From the IMG/VR virus record IMGVR_UViG_3300023184_000140, positions 1 to 59,107 of that record: a stretch of 59,107 bases of DNA, one strand, 5' to 3'. Source of the stretch: a virus (lineage: Duplodnaviria > Caudoviricetes). A program made the position numbers and the translations under genes. This document shows, in pieces, positions 45,812-55,338 of this stretch (position 1 is the first letter of the stretch; each line of letters starts with the position of its first letter). The notes under the pieces were generated by a model. The model searched no databases and was not told the DNA's origin. It worked only from the letters and a program-made list of their open reading frames with translations.

Positions 45812-46777
45812 TTAAGCTTTGTTAGCTTTATCATACTCAGCATACCTCTTAGCGTATCTCATACGTAAAACAGGGTCGTCCCATACTCCGGCATCAATAA
45901 GAGCTTGCTTACGGTCAGGGGACAGATAGATCTCTTTTCGAGTAGATGTCGGAGCATGCTCTCTGCCTGAACCAACTGCTGGTCCCCCTCGAGGTTTACG
46001 CTCTTGTTTATCTTCGTAGTCGTCGTCACGATCACGGGACTGTTTACCGAACCGCTCAGGTAAACGACGTGCGGCACGACGCTCTAACTCGTTCCAGTAA
46101 TCTTCAGTACGAGGGTCAAAACCGTCTTTTGCTAAAGCTTGATCAATCGCCATAACGATAGCTGAGTCCTCATTACGACCTTGAGGATCATACCATTTGT
46201 TATTTTGCATGAACTGTTTAGCATAGTACGCTGTTACGTCATCAATACCGTCAGACACTGGAGCTTTTTGCTGAGCTTGCTGCTTAGCATATGCCAACTG
46301 TTGAACCTTAGCAATAGCTTCGTCACGATAACGTAAAGCTTGAGTTACGTCTTCACCGTTACCGGCTTCAACAGCTTTAGCAATGATCCTGTCAGCCATC
46401 TGCGCTTCGTTCTGCGCTTTCTGGATTTGAGCATCAATACCGTTGACGTCTAGCTGTTGTGTACGCTGCTCTTGCACCGTTAACCGACGCTCAAGATCAT
46501 CGTTACGTTTACGTAGGAAGTCTAGCTCTAGTTTGTCTCTAGAGATAGCTTTATCGCGACGTTCTTTACGCTCTTGCTTTTCTTGCCGGCGACGCTCACG
46601 GATAGCTTCCCGTTCGTCTTCATCTCCGTCATCGGCTTTAGCCGAGCGTTCATCATCTTGATCATCGTCATCATGATCATCTTCTGCTGAAGCTTTCTTT
46701 GCAGGATCTTCTTCAACAATTATGACATCATCTTTGTCTTTGATGTCATCATCTTCTTCTTTCATTACGTCAGCCAT
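45812..46777 (-). CDS. Capsid scaffolding protein
   Basis: Acidic N-terminus, long coiled coil, NKWYDP; position between portal and capsid genes. Confidence 0.8.
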   Translation of the reverse strand: MADVMKEEDDDIKDKDDVIIVEEDPAKKASAEDDHDDDDQDDERSAKADDGDEDEREAIRERRRQEKQERKERRDKAISRDKLELDFLRKRNDDLERRLTVQEQRTQQLDVNGIDAQIQKAQNEAQMADRIIAKAVEAGNGEDVTQALRYRDEAIAKVQQLAYAKQQAQQKAPVSDGIDDVTAYYAKQFMQNNKWYDPQGRNEDSAIVMAIDQALAKDGFDPRTEDYWNELERRAARRLPERFGKQSRDRDDDYEDKQERKPRGGPAVGSGREHAPTSTRKEIYLSPDRKQALIDAGVWDDPVLRMRYAKRYAEYDKANKA

Positions 46778-46791
46778 ATCTCATCTCCTTA

Positions 46792-47199
46792 TCAGATGAA
46801 TGCTCGGATAGCTAGTGGGTCGCCAATGACCTCACCCAACAAATCCAAATCGTTAAACATAACAAACAACGCAGCTTCGTTGTCTTCTAAAGGTACTTCC
46901 CAGCGATCGCCGCCGTATTTAGCTACGCGAATATAATCTCCAACTTTTGCCCATGCACCTTCTGGCCATGGTTGCATAGTGTCTCGGTTGTGAAAAGCCA
47001 GAGGACCAATCGCGATTACTTTAGCGATTTGAGTATTCCACTTCTCAGTGTCACGAGAACCCGTATCAATTATGATACCACCCGCTGATTTCTTTTTCGG
47101 ACTACGGATTTGAACCAGAACACGGCTACCATAAGGACGTACTCCAGCATCTACTGCTGGAAATGCCTCATCTAGCGCATTCTCATAAGTCGTTGTCAC
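46792..47199 (-). CDS. groES: GroES-like co-chaperonin
   Basis: VRPYGSRVLVQ...KKSAGGIII...KVIAIGP...KVGDYI...YGG...NDLDLLG is the Cpn10 pattern; GTG start after GAGGAG. Confidence 0.85.
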   Translation of the reverse strand: MTTTYENALDEAFPAVDAGVRPYGSRVLVQIRSPKKKSAGGIIIDTGSRDTEKWNTQIAKVIAIGPLAFHNRDTMQPWPEGAWAKVGDYIRVAKYGGDRWEVPLEDNEAALFVMFNDLDLLGEVIGDPLAIRAFI

Positions 47200-47380
47200 T
47201 ATTTTTCTCCTCATCTAACATTGAAAGAAGTACATTGATTGCGGCTTCGTACCCTGCCACGACGCCTACACGATACCCGTACTCAAAAGCATCGCGATTC
47301 TGTGGCCTCTTCATAGACTCCATGGCGAACTCACCTTGCGCCGTTTTCAGCCTATTGAGAAGCTTTGTCTCTACATTCAT
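47183..47380 (-). CDS. Hypothetical protein
   Basis: 65 aa; EYGYRVGVVAGYE; lies between portal and GroES. Confidence 0.75.
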   Translation of the reverse strand: MNVETKLLNRLKTAQGEFAMESMKRPQNRDAFEYGYRVGVVAGYEAAINVLLSMLDEEKNSDNDL

Positions 47381-47514
47381 GCAGGTGTCTTAGGCATAAC
47401 CGGAGTTGAGGGCAGAGTTTGACCTGTGACGGGTACACCCGCTGCCATACGGTGATGCTGCTTGACTGCTGCGTTGTTCATCGGGACTGTGCCCGTAGTT
47501 GGTTTGTCTGACAT
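47377..47514 (-). CDS. Small hypothetical protein (45 aa, not in ORF track)
   Basis: AGGAGG RBS; MSDKPTTGTVPM...MPKTPA; ATGA coupling. Confidence 0.6.
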   Translation of the reverse strand: MSDKPTTGTVPMNNAAVKQHHRMAAGVPVTGQTLPSTPVMPKTPA

Positions 47515-47529
47515 TGTTGCCTCCTAAAG

Positions 47530-49989
47530 TTAAACTCCTGGGTTGACGCCAGTTCCTGTGCTAACGGCGACCTTCTCTCCGCTAGCGATTTCCGCTGCTG
47601 CGAGACGCATTGCTGTCTCGTTGTCATCGGTGTTCATTTCCAGACGTGCTTGCAGTTCGGCCATTGTACGCTGGTCTTCTGACTGCTGACGTAGCTGCTC
47701 GCGCTGCAACTCAGCTTGACGATCTTGGCTGCCGTCAGCCAGTTTCTGCTGTTCAAGTTGCAACCTAGCCTGATCTGTCTGAGCTTTCTGTTGCAATGCC
47801 TGAGTTTGTATCTGAGCGCCGATCTTAGCCACTTGTAGGCTGTTGTCTGGCGGCATAGGCGGTTCAGGTTTGAACTGCTGTGCTTGTTGATCGATCTGAG
47901 CCAGCTCTTGTGCAAACGAAGCCAACTGCTGTTCAATGAATCTTTGCACTTCAAGTATGACTTCTACTTGCTGCTGTGAGTCTTCTTCAATCAAATCTTC
48001 ATTTTGCGCTCTATCTACCGCATCATGCGCTTGAGAGAGGTAATAGTTCAATAGATGGTCGCGCAAATGTATAGACATAGGGTAAAGATATGTCTTTATG
48101 ATGGCTGGGTTCTGCCCAAACAGCGGAGACTTCAAAAAAGCTAGGTGCGTCATCAAGTGCGCCATGTGATCTTGTCCTGGTAGCACGTAAACTGGGCTAC
48201 CCATGGTAGCTGCTACGTTCTCAGACACCGGATCCATGTCTTCTGACGCTGGTTTAGGCTGAAGCACGTCCGTATCGCTGATTTTCAACGTGCGGAGGAA
48301 CATATCCTCCACTTTTCTAGCGTCATACAGCTGAGGCATCATAGCCGCACGCTGCATTACTGCTTGAACCTGCGCAAAACGCTGTGTTTCGCTGAAAATT
48401 GATGGGTCAGACACCGGAATGATGTCCATCGGACCATCAAAGTCACTAGGATCTATCTCAATACCAGCTGCTTGCGCTTTGATATCCTCTTCAGTCAGGT
48501 ATGCACTGTCTATTCGGTGCAGAATCTCAAACACTTTCTCCATGGATGAATGGAGACGTGCGTGGATGCTGCTGAACACCACCATACCTTGCTCAATTAG
48601 AGCTAAAGTAGTACCGACTGGCTGATTAGGGTTCTGGTCTGACAGCTTTTCAAAGCTCGTCTGTACTACACCTTTACCGGCATCAACTAAGAAGCCGAGT
48701 AATTGGAACAGAACAGGACTAGGTTGGTTAAACGGCATAGGCATGGCTAGCTTACGCACGTCATCAATCATCGCTCCACCGTCCATCTCAACAACTTCGG
48801 TAGGTTGTACGTTGATGGTCTGACCGGATGGTCCCCCTTTCAGCTTGAGCAAGGTTGGGATGTTCTGAATATGCGCTGAATCCATCAGCGCACGCAGTGC
48901 GCCGGTGGCTGCTCCAGACAAACCGCCAATCATATGCGTCAAGCCGATTGGGTAAGCACCACGCCAAGGTACAAACGGGAACTCAACAATCCAGTCTAAC
49001 TCTTCACGCTGCTCGTCATCTGCTTCCCAGTTACGATACAACGACAGAGCCTTGCTAGTTGTCTTGTCAATAGACAGAATGTACGGCTCACTACCGTCAC
49101 CGAAGTCCAAAAACGTATACACTTCGTAGATCGTACGTAGTCCGTCTTCGTTGTACGACGATGCTTGACGACCTTCAATCTTATCGTTAGCTACCGTTGA
49201 CTTACTGAACTCAGGATCTCCTGGCATACCTAAGTCAACGTCAATATACATCTCCTGCTTGACACGCTTCTGGTACTCCATCTTCGTGATATACTGCACG
49301 TGCGTCTTGCGCTCAGCAGAGTAGAAATTGGTAGCAGCGAACGGCAGGTATATATCGTCAATAGCGATGAACTCAGAAGCAGGACGCTTAAACTGAGGGT
49401 TCCACATTAACTTCATGTACTGCCCGCCACCCAGCGGGAGCTGCGTAGACAACTGCTCAAGCTCGGAGCGGAACTCCTTCATCTGCTTGGTTGTCTGCCA
49501 GTTCATGAAGGTAGCTTTACGGTCTGCCTTCGCCAGCTTGTCTTTATCTTTTGTGCCGTAGATCTTACTACGTACAGGACCATTTGGAGGGAAAATCTCT
49601 TTCATGAATCGTGCTGAGAAGTCTACACACGCCTCAACTAGCATTGGGTGTACGACCTTGTTTGCGCCGGTGAACTGCGCACCACCAGGAGCATCGTCAC
49701 CTAGTCCGGTACGACGGATACCTTCCTCATACTGTTTGTCACGCTTCTCACGTGCGGTCTTATCTTTGTCAATTTTCTCGAGTAAGTCGGTAACTGCCTC
49801 GTACAACTCTGACTGATCAACTTCTTCAACGATGTTTGAGAAATGACTCAGGTTACGCTTGAGGTCTACGTCGTTCTTTTCGCGCAGAATCGCGCCACCG
49901 TCTTCGGTATCTTCTACCTCGTTGTCTACGTCTTCTAAACGAACGGTTTCACCCTTTAACTCTTCATCATCCTTCATTTGCTCAGCCAT
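47530..49989 (-). CDS. Portal protein (P22-like, with C-terminal barrel)
   Basis: 819 aa; GANKVVHPMLVEACVDF, YPIGLTHMIGGL, PVGTTLALIEQG and IIPVSDP motifs; Q-rich C-terminal helix. Confidence 0.9.
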   Translation of the reverse strand: MAEQMKDDEELKGETVRLEDVDNEVEDTEDGGAILREKNDVDLKRNLSHFSNIVEEVDQSELYEAVTDLLEKIDKDKTAREKRDKQYEEGIRRTGLGDDAPGGAQFTGANKVVHPMLVEACVDFSARFMKEIFPPNGPVRSKIYGTKDKDKLAKADRKATFMNWQTTKQMKEFRSELEQLSTQLPLGGGQYMKLMWNPQFKRPASEFIAIDDIYLPFAATNFYSAERKTHVQYITKMEYQKRVKQEMYIDVDLGMPGDPEFSKSTVANDKIEGRQASSYNEDGLRTIYEVYTFLDFGDGSEPYILSIDKTTSKALSLYRNWEADDEQREELDWIVEFPFVPWRGAYPIGLTHMIGGLSGAATGALRALMDSAHIQNIPTLLKLKGGPSGQTINVQPTEVVEMDGGAMIDDVRKLAMPMPFNQPSPVLFQLLGFLVDAGKGVVQTSFEKLSDQNPNQPVGTTLALIEQGMVVFSSIHARLHSSMEKVFEILHRIDSAYLTEEDIKAQAAGIEIDPSDFDGPMDIIPVSDPSIFSETQRFAQVQAVMQRAAMMPQLYDARKVEDMFLRTLKISDTDVLQPKPASEDMDPVSENVAATMGSPVYVLPGQDHMAHLMTHLAFLKSPLFGQNPAIIKTYLYPMSIHLRDHLLNYYLSQAHDAVDRAQNEDLIEEDSQQQVEVILEVQRFIEQQLASFAQELAQIDQQAQQFKPEPPMPPDNSLQVAKIGAQIQTQALQQKAQTDQARLQLEQQKLADGSQDRQAELQREQLRQQSEDQRTMAELQARLEMNTDDNETAMRLAAAEIASGEKVAVSTGTGVNPGV

Positions 49990-52900
49990 TTTGTTCCTCT
50001 ATTAACTGTGCTGCCATCTCATCAATTTCATCAGGATTGAACTCTACCGCTCCACCCTTTGCGTACGGTACTGAGAGTTCGACTTTGCGTCCGGTACCAG
50101 GAGGCATCTTACGACCGCCATATAAACGAGCAAGAGCGTAAGGAGACATTTCTCCAAGGTAGTCACCATAGTGCTCGAGAGGAATGTCAATCTTCCTATC
50201 TTGGTACGTAGTCTGCTGCGGATTAAAATCATACTCATCAATAATTTTATACTGCTTAGTCTTTGGATCTAATTGGTAATTGAACTGCCCGAGTGCTTTA
50301 GACAAAGACGGACGGGGAGGCATGACACCGCCGATGAGATTCGCCACAACACCTTTACGTCGATTGCCGCCGGTCAGTTCGTCGTAGTCTTTGTACTCAA
50401 TGTAACCCTTACCTTTACCGCCGGACAGCTTCTCTTTCTGCCGGATCAGGTTCTGCAACTCTGACAATTCTTCTGCGTTGAAATCACTAGCAGTGATTGG
50501 GTCACGCTTGTCACGCGCAAACGTATCTAAGTATATCTTATGCGCAGCGGACATACGGTCGCGGTTAGACAGTTTATCGTAAAGATTGATAGCACCTTCG
50601 GTTACTTTGTCTGACACCCATGCGCCCATCCGGTCTCCGAACGTCGGCTCTAAATCATCAAACGGTGAAGGCTCTTTGCGTTTAGCGCTACCGCCTTTTT
50701 CCATATGTACCGCTCCACCCTGCGCGAAGCCGTAACGGTACATAAGGTTCAGCATAGTCTGCCGGCTGTCGGGTCTATGTGTACCGCCGACCATAAACTC
50801 GGAGCCATCGCTCAGTTGTTTACGGTACATAGCATTGAGAGTCTTCTCACGTGTCTCAGGATCCATGTTAGCGCTCAACTGATACCCACCGCGAGGATTC
50901 ATATCTTCGTAAGTGACTCCTAACTGAGATACTTTCTTCTGCCGAGGGTCTACGTCAACGTATCCCCGTAAATGGTCTGTACCTGCGCTGCCTCTCAGAT
51001 TGACACCTCTGTTGTTAGTCCAAGCGTCTAATGCAAATGGTCCGGCAGAGTAGTGCCCGCCTAGCGGACTCATGTTCCTCAAACTGTCAAGCAGGGAAGG
51101 TTCAGGTATGTCTCCGGACTCTGCCGCTCTCTCCTGTTGTACGTCAACCAGCTCTGCTGCCATCTGACGTATCAGGTCGTCATCGTACTCTGCGTGACCG
51201 CCAGCAGCGAAATTCACGGAGCCTCCTTGGGCGAAACCTTCTGGTTTGAAGTTGCGGATAGCTTCCAACACGGTGTTAGCTTGTTCTCCTGGCTCTATAC
51301 CGCTTCTTACTACGTTTGCCATTCCTCTCCAATACGCAATCGGTTCATCCCCTACGACATTTTCAGGATAACCGTGTTGCTGGGCAAGCTCACGTAAATC
51401 TTTTTCACTGAGGTAACTGTTTTCGATTTTAGCTAAATCTGCGTTCCTTAAATCGTTAACGTCTCTCCATTCACCACTACGTACGAAGTCTTGAACAAAC
51501 GGTAAAACTTCTTCAGAAGGTTTGCCGTTCCTTGAGCCTTTAATTTGCTCTATTCTTTCAAGCTTTGGTGTTTCTAAACCTTTACTCTGCAAAAACTTTT
51601 CTAACACTACGTCCATGTCGGGGTCGTAAAACGGACTGTCTTTCCCATACCCTCCCATTTCCCAAAAGTCTTTATGGAGTTCTCTGTATTTCTCATCACC
51701 TAAAGATTTGTGAATTGTGTCCCATGGTGAATTGTCTTTCACAGGCTGAACTTCAATAGTAGCATGAGGTCTACCCTCTGCGTCACGCAGACTGAATATA
51801 CGGGAGTAACCGTTCACTACGCTGTCGCAATACCCTCCCACGCAATGTTTGAGCGTGTCTCCTTCGTATTTGAGAGCGTCTTCTAAAGCTTTTTTACCGC
51901 CTTCACCTTCTGGTAATTTCAGTTCTACCCACTTTAATCCAGCGTTTGGGTATTCTTTATGAGTAACAGTAGCGGCATTAGCAGAGTGTGCTAAACTTGC
52001 TTCTGCTTGCTGAGTAGCTCGCCATGCATTGATTTGGTCAATTATGTCAACCACCTGCGGGACGCTCATCTTGTCAAGCTTCTTCGGGTCTACCCTTAGA
52101 TGTTCAGGAAGGTCGCTTCCTGGTCGCATAGCGTTTTGAAGCTCATCTGCAATATGGTCAAGACCCATATCACCTGTGCGAAATTGATCAATGTGATATA
52201 CCGGAGTCTCAAGAGAAACTTTTTCAAGCCATGGGTTTGTTTTTAAAACTTCTTCTCCGTATATAGAAGCAAGTCGTCCTTTGTCATTTGGATTAGTACG
52301 CGCTCTTCTGTATATCGTATCTAAAAGATCTCCAGAAAGATAAGTATCTATGCTTTTATCAGCAATATTCTCCCAACCTTCTGCCCTTGCTCTCGTGGTA
52401 GGATCCCCTTTGAAGTCTCTCCACGTATGACCCATTATAGGTTCTCCGGCTTTCTTTCTAGCCTCAGTAACGTCTTCTGGCACCCGTCCTTGAGCATTTT
52501 CTAAATGTTCTGCAGTTAAATGCGAACCTGTTCGGTTTTCAATTAAAGCTTTCTCTCTGTTCAACTCACGTATGCGAGCTTGAGACTGAGTCATCATTTC
52601 CGGAGTGAAGCCTCGCTTAGCACGAGCCTTCTCCATGTCAGATACAGCTTTGTCAATCTGCTTCTGCTTCTCAGCGAGCAGCATCTCACGTTTCTCTGGC
52701 CACTCTTGAATAGATAAACGTATCGGGTCTTCTGCAGTCGCCATCTCATTTGAGAGGTATTTAGTTAACTTACTCTCAATCCATTTGTTTAACGCTTCTG
52801 CCCTAGTATTTTGACTGATAACTTGTTGAGTTATTCCTGGTTGCATCTCTCCAGTAGCTTCTCTCCGACCTAAATCTTCTACGTATGCCGGTTCGCGTAC

Positions 52901-53356
52901 AAATTGTTTTAAACGAGACACAGACTCGTCAACATTACCCTTCAACCAGTTGCCACCTTTAGGCTTGATGACGTTCATGGTCGGTGACACACCGTATTTC
53001 TCAGCGAGGTTCACTGCGTGCCGAGCAGCATATGGCGCTGCCGCTTTAGCCAGAGGTTTGACCATACGTGCTGCCGCCGGTACAAGTGGTGCAAAGTTCA
53101 TCGCCCCCGTTAGAGCCTCTTTGGTCTCTCCCGTCAACCCGTAGGTCTCGCCTCTACCCTGCGTGATCGGTGTACCGTAATTGATGTTCTCCATCGTACG
53201 GTATATCGGTGGTACTTGTAAGAAGTCTGAGATGAGAGCCGCCGGTGGGTTCTCGTAGCCGAACGGCTTACGTGCGAACTCGTCAGCTTTCTGTAGGTAG
53301 CGACCCAGCGCACCTACGACTGGGTATTGCTCAGGACGGGAACGGAACTCAGGCAT
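49982..53356 (-). CDS. Large multidomain protein with a PcfJ-like domain (putative packaged polyvalent protein)
   Basis: LKYEGDTLKHCVGGY...IFSLRD.EGRPHATIEV is the PcfJ pattern; further domains are separated by xxxGG motifs. Confidence 0.75.
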   Translation of the reverse strand: MPEFRSRPEQYPVVGALGRYLQKADEFARKPFGYENPPAALISDFLQVPPIYRTMENINYGTPITQGRGETYGLTGETKEALTGAMNFAPLVPAAARMVKPLAKAAAPYAARHAVNLAEKYGVSPTMNVIKPKGGNWLKGNVDESVSRLKQFVREPAYVEDLGRREATGEMQPGITQQVISQNTRAEALNKWIESKLTKYLSNEMATAEDPIRLSIQEWPEKREMLLAEKQKQIDKAVSDMEKARAKRGFTPEMMTQSQARIRELNREKALIENRTGSHLTAEHLENAQGRVPEDVTEARKKAGEPIMGHTWRDFKGDPTTRARAEGWENIADKSIDTYLSGDLLDTIYRRARTNPNDKGRLASIYGEEVLKTNPWLEKVSLETPVYHIDQFRTGDMGLDHIADELQNAMRPGSDLPEHLRVDPKKLDKMSVPQVVDIIDQINAWRATQQAEASLAHSANAATVTHKEYPNAGLKWVELKLPEGEGGKKALEDALKYEGDTLKHCVGGYCDSVVNGYSRIFSLRDAEGRPHATIEVQPVKDNSPWDTIHKSLGDEKYRELHKDFWEMGGYGKDSPFYDPDMDVVLEKFLQSKGLETPKLERIEQIKGSRNGKPSEEVLPFVQDFVRSGEWRDVNDLRNADLAKIENSYLSEKDLRELAQQHGYPENVVGDEPIAYWRGMANVVRSGIEPGEQANTVLEAIRNFKPEGFAQGGSVNFAAGGHAEYDDDLIRQMAAELVDVQQERAAESGDIPEPSLLDSLRNMSPLGGHYSAGPFALDAWTNNRGVNLRGSAGTDHLRGYVDVDPRQKKVSQLGVTYEDMNPRGGYQLSANMDPETREKTLNAMYRKQLSDGSEFMVGGTHRPDSRQTMLNLMYRYGFAQGGAVHMEKGGSAKRKEPSPFDDLEPTFGDRMGAWVSDKVTEGAINLYDKLSNRDRMSAAHKIYLDTFARDKRDPITASDFNAEELSELQNLIRQKEKLSGGKGKGYIEYKDYDELTGGNRRKGVVANLIGGVMPPRPSLSKALGQFNYQLDPKTKQYKIIDEYDFNPQQTTYQDRKIDIPLEHYGDYLGEMSPYALARLYGGRKMPPGTGRKVELSVPYAKGGAVEFNPDEIDEMAAQLIEEQNG

Positions 53357-53364
53357 AGCTCACC

Positions 53365-53616
53365 CTACCATTTAACTTTGTTAGCCCAGTACGCTGCGGA
53401 CATGGTGCCCTTGGCTATATTCTTTGCGTGTCGTGCTTTGAATGATTCATTGCGTGCGCTGCCCTCGGGAGAGCCTTTGACACCCTGCTGCCCGAACCGT
53501 ATGATCTTCTCCTGCCCATCGGCGCATGCCTTGACTACGTGAGACTTGGTGGGATGGCTAGGCGTGCTCTTTGGCTTATTGCAAGCCATCTTGCTCTTGT
53601 CGAGTAGCTTGCTCAT
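53365..53616 (-). CDS. Small basic conserved phage protein
   Basis: KSHVVKAC...IIRFGQQG...SFKARH...SAAYWANKVKW. Confidence 0.75.
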   Translation of the reverse strand: MSKLLDKSKMACNKPKSTPSHPTKSHVVKACADGQEKIIRFGQQGVKGSPEGSARNESFKARHAKNIAKGTMSAAYWANKVKW

Positions 53617-53777
53617 TTCTTCCTCGCTGCGCGCATGTTGTCAACGAGGTTAGGGTACGGACGACCGGCAGACTTGGCAGCGTCCTTTGCAGAAGACTTC
53701 TGCTTTGATGTTAGAGGTTTCGATTCACCTAGCTTGGCGGGACGACTCTTGTCCCAAACAGGTTTCTTAGGCTGCAT
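53613..53777 (-). CDS. Small basic protein (54 aa, not in ORF track)
   Basis: MQPKKPVWDKSRP...AGRPYPNLVDNMRAARKK; GAGG RBS; ATGA coupling. Confidence 0.65.
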   Translation of the reverse strand: MQPKKPVWDKSRPAKLGESKPLTSKQKSSAKDAAKSAGRPYPNLVDNMRAARKK

Positions 53778-55338
53778 ATGGGTTTATCCTCTCACGTTTC
53801 TTCTGCGCTGGTTCATCAATGTCCTTTGCCACCGGCATCTGGAACCACCCATCGTTGCGTAGGTAGATGATAGCCTGTGTGAACGTATCAACGTAGTCAT
53901 CATGTTCAGCCACTGGGAACTTCTCAAGCTGCTTGAGGAATCCCTTTGCCCATGACACGTAGTGACCACGGTTCTTCTTTGACTCAGGGATCCACAGTAT
54001 GTCTTGCTCCAGCACGGGAGCTGCCTGATGGGCACGGGACACCTTGTCAGCATTACCAGGATTATAACCTACGACTGGCACATTCGCCAAGCGCAAATCC
54101 TGTATCAGGCTCTGACCACTTGCTTTGGCCTCTACAAGGACTCTGTTGGGTCGTCTCGCCCGTGCGTATGGGCTCTCGTCTGTAGCCCCACCATACTCCG
54201 TGTTCCACTCTGCTATCGCCTTCTTCCGCAGTGCGGGATAGCTGAGGTGCTCGTCCCATGCGTCGATGAGCATAACCTGTCGCTTGCCCTTCATCGAGAA
54301 CACAGCATAGGCTGTGAAGGCTGTCGGGTCTCCTGTGGTCTTCTCGGTGAACGCGCAGTCGTAGCTCTGCAGTATGTACTCAAACTGTGGCAGCTCTTTG
54401 TCTGCTGACCATTGCTGGAAGTGCTTGGTCTTGAGGATACCTCCCTCTACCGGTGTCGGGTCTTGCTGCAGCTGTCCGCTAGAGCCGTATACGCCTAGGG
54501 ATTGCTTGAGTGCGGTGATCTCTTTGTCGCCGAATCGCTCTGGGCAGATCAGCTCTCCCTTGACCTTACGTGGGTCGTAGTTGCCCAGCATTGTCGTGCG
54601 CGTCCTGCCGTCCCACTCTGCCGGTATGCAGATATGCTCCCATCCTTTGATGTCCTCAAGGATGTGTCCGCTGATGTCTCGGTCGTGCAGACGCTGCATG
54701 ATGGTCACCATGGCGTCACGCTTGGGATCGTTGAGTCGTGTCGCCCAGACTTGGTCGAACCACTCCAGTGCCGTGTCACGCATTGCGTCGGACTGTGCGT
54801 CCTGTGCGCCGTGCGGGTCATCGAGCAGGAGGCGGGAGCCACCTTCACCCGTCGCTGTACCACCGACCGAGGTCGCGATGCGGTAGCCGGTCTTGTCGTT
54901 CTCAAATCGCTGCTTGGCGTTCTGGTCTCCGGACAGTGTGAAGTTCTTGCCCCATCGCTCCTGATACCATGGCGACTGAATCAACCGCCGTGCCTTCAGG
55001 TTGTCTCGGGTTGACAGCACACCGGAGTACGACGCACACAGGAACTTCTCCTCTGGCTGTTCAATCCACTCCCACATTGGCCACATGACGGACACGATGG
55101 TTGACTTGGAGTGTCGTGGCGGGATGTTGATGAGCAGTCGAGTTATGTCCCCTGCCGACACTGCCTCAAGATGCTCGCAGATAGCCTCAATGTGCCAGCT
55201 GGGCACGAAGGGTACTCCTGGCTCTACTACGTGCCACGACTGCTTCACGAACTCGTATAGGCTTGAGGTAGCAGCTCGCCTGTCCTGTTCCTTCTTGATC
55301 AGGTCTAGCATTACCGTTGGTGAGAGCGGAGCGTTCAT
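53767..55338 (-). CDS. terL: Terminase large subunit
   Basis: LLINIPPRHSKS Walker A, LLDDPH Walker B, IMQRLH, LQQDP, QSYDCA, VEAKASG and HDDYVD nuclease motifs. Confidence 0.95.
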   Translation of the reverse strand: MNAPLSPTVMLDLIKKEQDRRAATSSLYEFVKQSWHVVEPGVPFVPSWHIEAICEHLEAVSAGDITRLLINIPPRHSKSTIVSVMWPMWEWIEQPEEKFLCASYSGVLSTRDNLKARRLIQSPWYQERWGKNFTLSGDQNAKQRFENDKTGYRIATSVGGTATGEGGSRLLLDDPHGAQDAQSDAMRDTALEWFDQVWATRLNDPKRDAMVTIMQRLHDRDISGHILEDIKGWEHICIPAEWDGRTRTTMLGNYDPRKVKGELICPERFGDKEITALKQSLGVYGSSGQLQQDPTPVEGGILKTKHFQQWSADKELPQFEYILQSYDCAFTEKTTGDPTAFTAYAVFSMKGKRQVMLIDAWDEHLSYPALRKKAIAEWNTEYGGATDESPYARARRPNRVLVEAKASGQSLIQDLRLANVPVVGYNPGNADKVSRAHQAAPVLEQDILWIPESKKNRGHYVSWAKGFLKQLEKFPVAEHDDYVDTFTQAIIYLRNDGWFQMPVAKDIDEPAQKKRERINPYAA

